Part shown: positions 60,086-64,000 of the stretch, piece after piece | Position numbering within the stretch: the stretch's first letter is position 1 | Layout of the letters: each line of letters begins with the position of its first letter | Assembly (NCBI RefSeq): GCF_006345805.1 | Contig: NC_043010.1 | Coordinates: 186,001 to 250,000 of the forward strand | Reading direction: 5' to 3' | Length of the DNA: 64,000 bases | DNA from: Octopus sinensis | Taxonomy: Eukaryota | Notes under the pieces: model-generated | Seen by the model: only the letters and a program-made list of their open reading frames with translations | Told to the model about the DNA's origin: nothing | Database searches by the model: none | Made by a program: the position numbers and the translations under genes

Positions 60086-60369
60086 ATTACTCCCATTGCC
60101 ACAGTCAACACTACTACTTTTAATAATAATTAACTCTCGAAAAGGCTAGGAAACTAATAAAGCGATTAACACCCCCCTCCCTTAAGCATCTTTCACGCTT
60201 TATGGCAAGACTAACACCTAAGTAACTTTTTTACGGGGAACCGCATGTGTAATATTACAACAACAATCAAGTAAAAAAATAAAGTAACAAAAATTATAAC
60301 AGCAATAATGTAGGACTGAAATATGGCAAGTCTATAAAACTTCCTTATAAACAACATTTTTAGTTTTCC

Positions 60370-62026
60370 CCCGGGGGATGAAGGCTGTTCCTACAACCCA
60401 CTCTTGAGCAGCCAACGTACAGCTGACCATGTGAAAAGCATGGTTGAGCTAAGTAAAGTCCAACGACAGACAGCAACTGCCCCTGGGACTTATTAATGGA
60501 CATGGTGTAAATCGGAAACTGCACTCTGCAGAATGTGAATGGTAAGACAGTGATACCCCCCCGCCATTTATCAAGCAATCTTTCCTTGTGTAGGCAAGCC
60601 CACAAGGGCCATGGACCATATTAGACTTCACTATGCCATGGAGTTTACTATCAACGCCAGGATCAGGTTTGTGGCTTTCCTTTATGTCTCACAAAGTAAC
60701 ATCTAATGCCTCAAGGGCACCCTTGTCAATTATTGTGCATTCATCCCAAACAATCAGGTGGCATTGTGTGAGCAATTGCCCGTTATCTTTGAAATGTTGC
60801 AAACAGGCGTTGGTGAACTTGTAGAGTGTGCAGTCCTGCCACCAGGGAGCTGAGTAGCAGCTATGCCCCAATTTGCCATAGCGATGCACTTTTGTAGCCT
60901 TACTTTTGCAAGAATTAGTCTAGTTATGAACGTTTTTGCCTGTCCGTCAGGAGCGTTAAGGAAGAAAACGCCACCTTTACGACCCTGGACTTGCTGAATG
61001 ATAGTGTCGTAGGCGTGCTTCTGGTCAGTTAGCAAGAGTGCCTCATTGATCTGTATATATGCGAATAGTTCAGTAATGTTGTAAGATGTTTTCCGAATAA
61101 TCTCAGAAGGGAGATCATTTGAGGTAGGCTTTGCAGTGAGGGGGGGGAAGCCCGTAAGTGGTCATTACGTCACCACCTAAAGCTAAAGTTTTGTTTTCAA
61201 TCTGAATCAGCGCTAGGTTATATATTGTATCGGTGAAACCTATACTTAAAGTAGGGAATCGAAGCTGAGCGGCTCACCTAAAGTTCTTGGACAGGTCATT
61301 CCTAAATTGAAGCCACAAAGGATACGGACTACTGCGTGCATAATTGTGCAGTATAACAGCAAAAAGTGTTCTAAGGCTTCCGGGTGATTTGGATACACAA
61401 GCCTCTGATAAGCAGGCTTGCCACTGCCTGTCATCGTCAAGAAGACTGCTATTGACATGCTCCCTTGTATATTGCAAAAACGTTTTCATCCACAGTTCTT
61501 AAATCCTGAAAGCAAGTTGGGCCTGCTACTTTGTGTAGAAGAAGACGGAGATGAAAGTACTCAGTCTGATTTGGGTGCACGGTATAAACGTGCCCAAAAT
61601 AATGATTGAACTTAACGCCTTCGTGCCCTTCAACAGTTTTACTTGTCTTCTTTTTCCTCCACATCTTATTGTTCCAGGTGTAGTCGGATGGAACTTGTGG
61701 GTAAAAGAGTGTCCGTGCAAAAGGATCGACCTGACAAAGTTTAAAAAACACAGTAAGCTTAGTATCTGATGGAGCCTATGCTACCTGGGCAGCAGCAGCT
61801 TCACTGAAATACACTCTTTGACCGTTTTCAAGATGAGCAGCAAGCTGAACAACGGCAGGATACCTTTCGTGTATTGCAAAACCGAAAATACGCCAAAACG
61901 CTTCATTGCTGCTTACGTACCATGCAGCCTGGTATTGCATTACTTCATCGTGTTGGTTGATGCCTTGGAGGCCTAACATGGCAACATCGGACCCATTTTT
62001 TATGTATTTGCAGGCATATTTGATTG
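60370..62026 (-). mobile_element. Degraded Helitron Rep/PIF1-helicase coding relic
   Basis: IKYACKYIKNGSD, SSNEAFWRIFGFAIHERYP..HLENGQRVYF, EYFHLRLLL, FFLNAPDGQAKTF (broken Walker A), [29 protein letters not shown]. Internally deleted. Confidence 0.9.
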
Positions 62027-62319
62027 TGTGGGATGACGTCAGCAGCTGGGGAGCTGACCGGAAGGGGCAGCGGTGACGCGCGCGCAGCGAGGGAGGATTC
62101 TGCCTTTTCGAGTCAGGTCGCCTAGTGGGTAAGATGGGTCAGCACGTTGTTAGGTTTGGGAGAAGCAGCTGCTATCTCTAGCGTTCGGGTCGGGCTGTGT
62201 TGAAGGATCCATACCGCTGAAGGGTCTCCATCTGAGCGAAGAGAAGGTAGGTGCCTTTATTTCGAATCTCTCGCACACACCACAAGCTATTTCGGCACTC
62301 CATATAAGACGTCACCACA
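62027..62319 (+). mobile_element. 5' LTR of a Ty3/gypsy element (293 bp)
   Basis: TG...CA ends with imperfect inverted termini TGTGG(GA)TGACGTC / GACGTCACCACA. It begins where Helitron homology stops and is followed by A-TGGCAGCG (PBS-like). Confidence 0.75.
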
Positions 62320-63084
62320 ATGGCAGCGAAAATCAGGATTGCCAGCGACATCATCAGACCCTTTAATGGTGAAGGCGATGTAGTGGTCTGGATTCGTAAA
62401 ATCAGGGTAGTGGCAAGACTGCAAGGTATAAGCGATGTGGCAAGTCTTATGGCGCTGTATTTGGAAGGGAGCGCATTGACGCTATATCTTGAGATGGACG
62501 AGGAAGAACGTCTGAGCGAGGAAAAGATAGAGCAACGTCTGAGGGATGCCTACACAGAGTGTGAATACACAGCTTTTGCTAAGCTGGGTACGATTAGATG
62601 GACGGGAGGACAGGTGGACGAATACGCAGCAGAAGTCAGAAGGTTAGTGACGCTGGCTGGGTTTACAGGAGAAGGGCTGGAGAGAGCAGTGCGACTGGCG
62701 TTTGTAAATGGGTTCCCCGACGATGTAGGGATTCACCTACAACGATTGCCCGGGATTAAAAAGATGGCACTGAGCGAACTTGTGACTCAAGCCCGCGTGT
62801 TGACGCGACACTCTGGACAGAAGGCGATAGTGATGGCGGTGGCGGAGGGGAATAAAGACGGACGACGACTGGAGAAAGACGTACAGAAGCCTACCATGCA
62901 ACGACAGCGGCCGTTCTCAGGTCGGTGTTTTAGATGTCAGGGGTCGCACATGGCGCAGGACAGTATGCAACCGTGGTCCGTTTGCCATCGATGCAAGCAG
63001 ACAGGGCATATCGCCCGTGATTGCGACCAGGGAAACGACCGCGGGGAAGTTGCTGCCTCTCGAACTTTCCCCACAAACGAGTAG
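62320..63084 (+). CDS. gag: Ty3/gypsy Gag with zinc knuckles
   Basis: 254-aa ORF with CHRCKQTGHIARDC (intact CCHC) and CFRCQGSHMAQDS (degenerate). Confidence 0.85.
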   Translation: MAAKIRIASDIIRPFNGEGDVVVWIRKIRVVARLQGISDVASLMALYLEGSALTLYLEMDEEERLSEEKIEQRLRDAYTECEYTAFAKLGTIRWTGGQVDEYAAEVRRLVTLAGFTGEGLERAVRLAFVNGFPDDVGIHLQRLPGIKKMALSELVTQARVLTRHSGQKAIVMAVAEGNKDGRRLEKDVQKPTMQRQRPFSGRCFRCQGSHMAQDSMQPWSVCHRCKQTGHIARDCDQGNDRGEVAASRTFPTNE

Positions 63085-64000
63085 AGGCGCTATTGGAGAC
63101 GCTGCCATTAATTGACGTGGAGGCCGAGGGGAAGACGTTCAAGGCCCTCGTGGATATGGGCTGTACGACCACCCTTGTGACTTCAAGGGTGACGAAGAAA
63201 TGGAACGGGGCAAGTAGTGTCCGGGCGGTCGACGGCAGCGAAATCCGTTGCAGAGGCAGCAGCAAGGTAGAGATAGTGGTGCGTGGCGCGACACTAAGGC
63301 TGCAGGTAATTGTGGCTGAACGCGTGATAGATGGGGTTGATGTGGTGATGGGGATGGACGCCATCAACCGCCTCGGTGGCGTCAGTATTGTGGGAGATGA
63401 GGTCACGTTCGGAAGCGTGGGGGCATCGTGCACTGCGAGACAGGATCGCCAGAGAGAGCAGATCCCCGCGAGGGACTGCGCCGCTTACACCATCGAGGAC
63501 AAAGACTTTCAGGTGGCGTTCGATGGTCAGCGGTGGATGATAGAGTGGCGATGGAAGGACGAGCCCCCGATGCTGAAAAACAGAGTGAGCTGTTACCAGC
63601 ATACCCTGAAAGGCCACGCCAGGGTTTAGTTTGAAGACGAGGTGGAGAGGTGGATCGAGGAAGGGGTCCTTGTCCCTTGGGAGGAGGAGGTAGCGGGCGG
63701 TGCTACCCCTGATGGCGGTGGTGCCTCTACGAAGGGAAAAGTCAGACCGGTGCTGGACTTCAGGGAGCTAAACCAGCATATATCGTGTCACACGGGAGGT
63801 GAGGCGACAGACGTTTGTGGCGAGACGTTACGTGTGTGGAGACGGTCGACCAAGGCAGCGACGATTGTCGACTTGAAATCAGCATACTTGCAGCTCCATG
63901 TGAGCGACAAACTGTGGCGATATCAGCTGGTGCGGTACAAAGGCCGGACGTACTGTTTAACCAGGCTGGGTTTCGGCTGAATTCCGCTCCGAAGATCATG
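63030..64000 (+). pseudogene. pol: Ty3/gypsy Pol (protease plus RT N-terminal part), defective; truncated by the window end
   Basis: -1 frame relative to gag. ALVDMGC (altered D-T/S-G), DVVMGMD, stop at 63627-63629, KVRPVLDFRELN, VDLKSAYLQ, TRLGFG. Confidence 0.85.

Overview
Eukaryotic, AT-rich, microsatellite-dense genomic DNA. By inference it is a coleoid cephalopod, probably Octopus, based on the C2H2 genes and the SINE repertoire. Two convergent C2H2 zinc-finger genes (the 3' end of one at 1-355 on +, and an 886-aa gene at 56130-58790 on -) flank about 56 kb of transposon-rich DNA. The main object is a 19-kb head-to-tail array at 22021-41084 with the order A-A-A-A-B-A-B. B is a 5.2-kb Tx1/L1-clade LINE (ORF1 plus APE-RT-CCHC ORF2). 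A is a 1.77-kb element that encodes only a diverged ORF1 but shares an 18-nt 5' terminus and a ~45-nt 3' tail with B. The array sits inside the ORF1 of a further related element (D), at a site that resembles the shared 5' terminus. A second ORF1-only lineage (C) with the same 3' tail lies inverted just upstream. This looks like a non-telomeric, HeT-A/TAHRE-like autonomous plus ORF1-only partnership that targets its own 5' ends. Other notable items are an intact minimal hammerhead ribozyme within a fold-back just downstream of the large ZnF stop codon, a triplicated four-finger cassette in that protein, and a Ty3/gypsy element with a PBS-overlapping gag ATG and a clear -1 frameshift signal inserted in a Helitron relic. 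Penelope-like, RTE, Tc1/mariner, Helitron, MITE and SINE relics fill the rest. Family assignments come from motif recognition by eye; no database searches were run. Many 1-nt homopolymer indels in the array may be long-read assembly errors.
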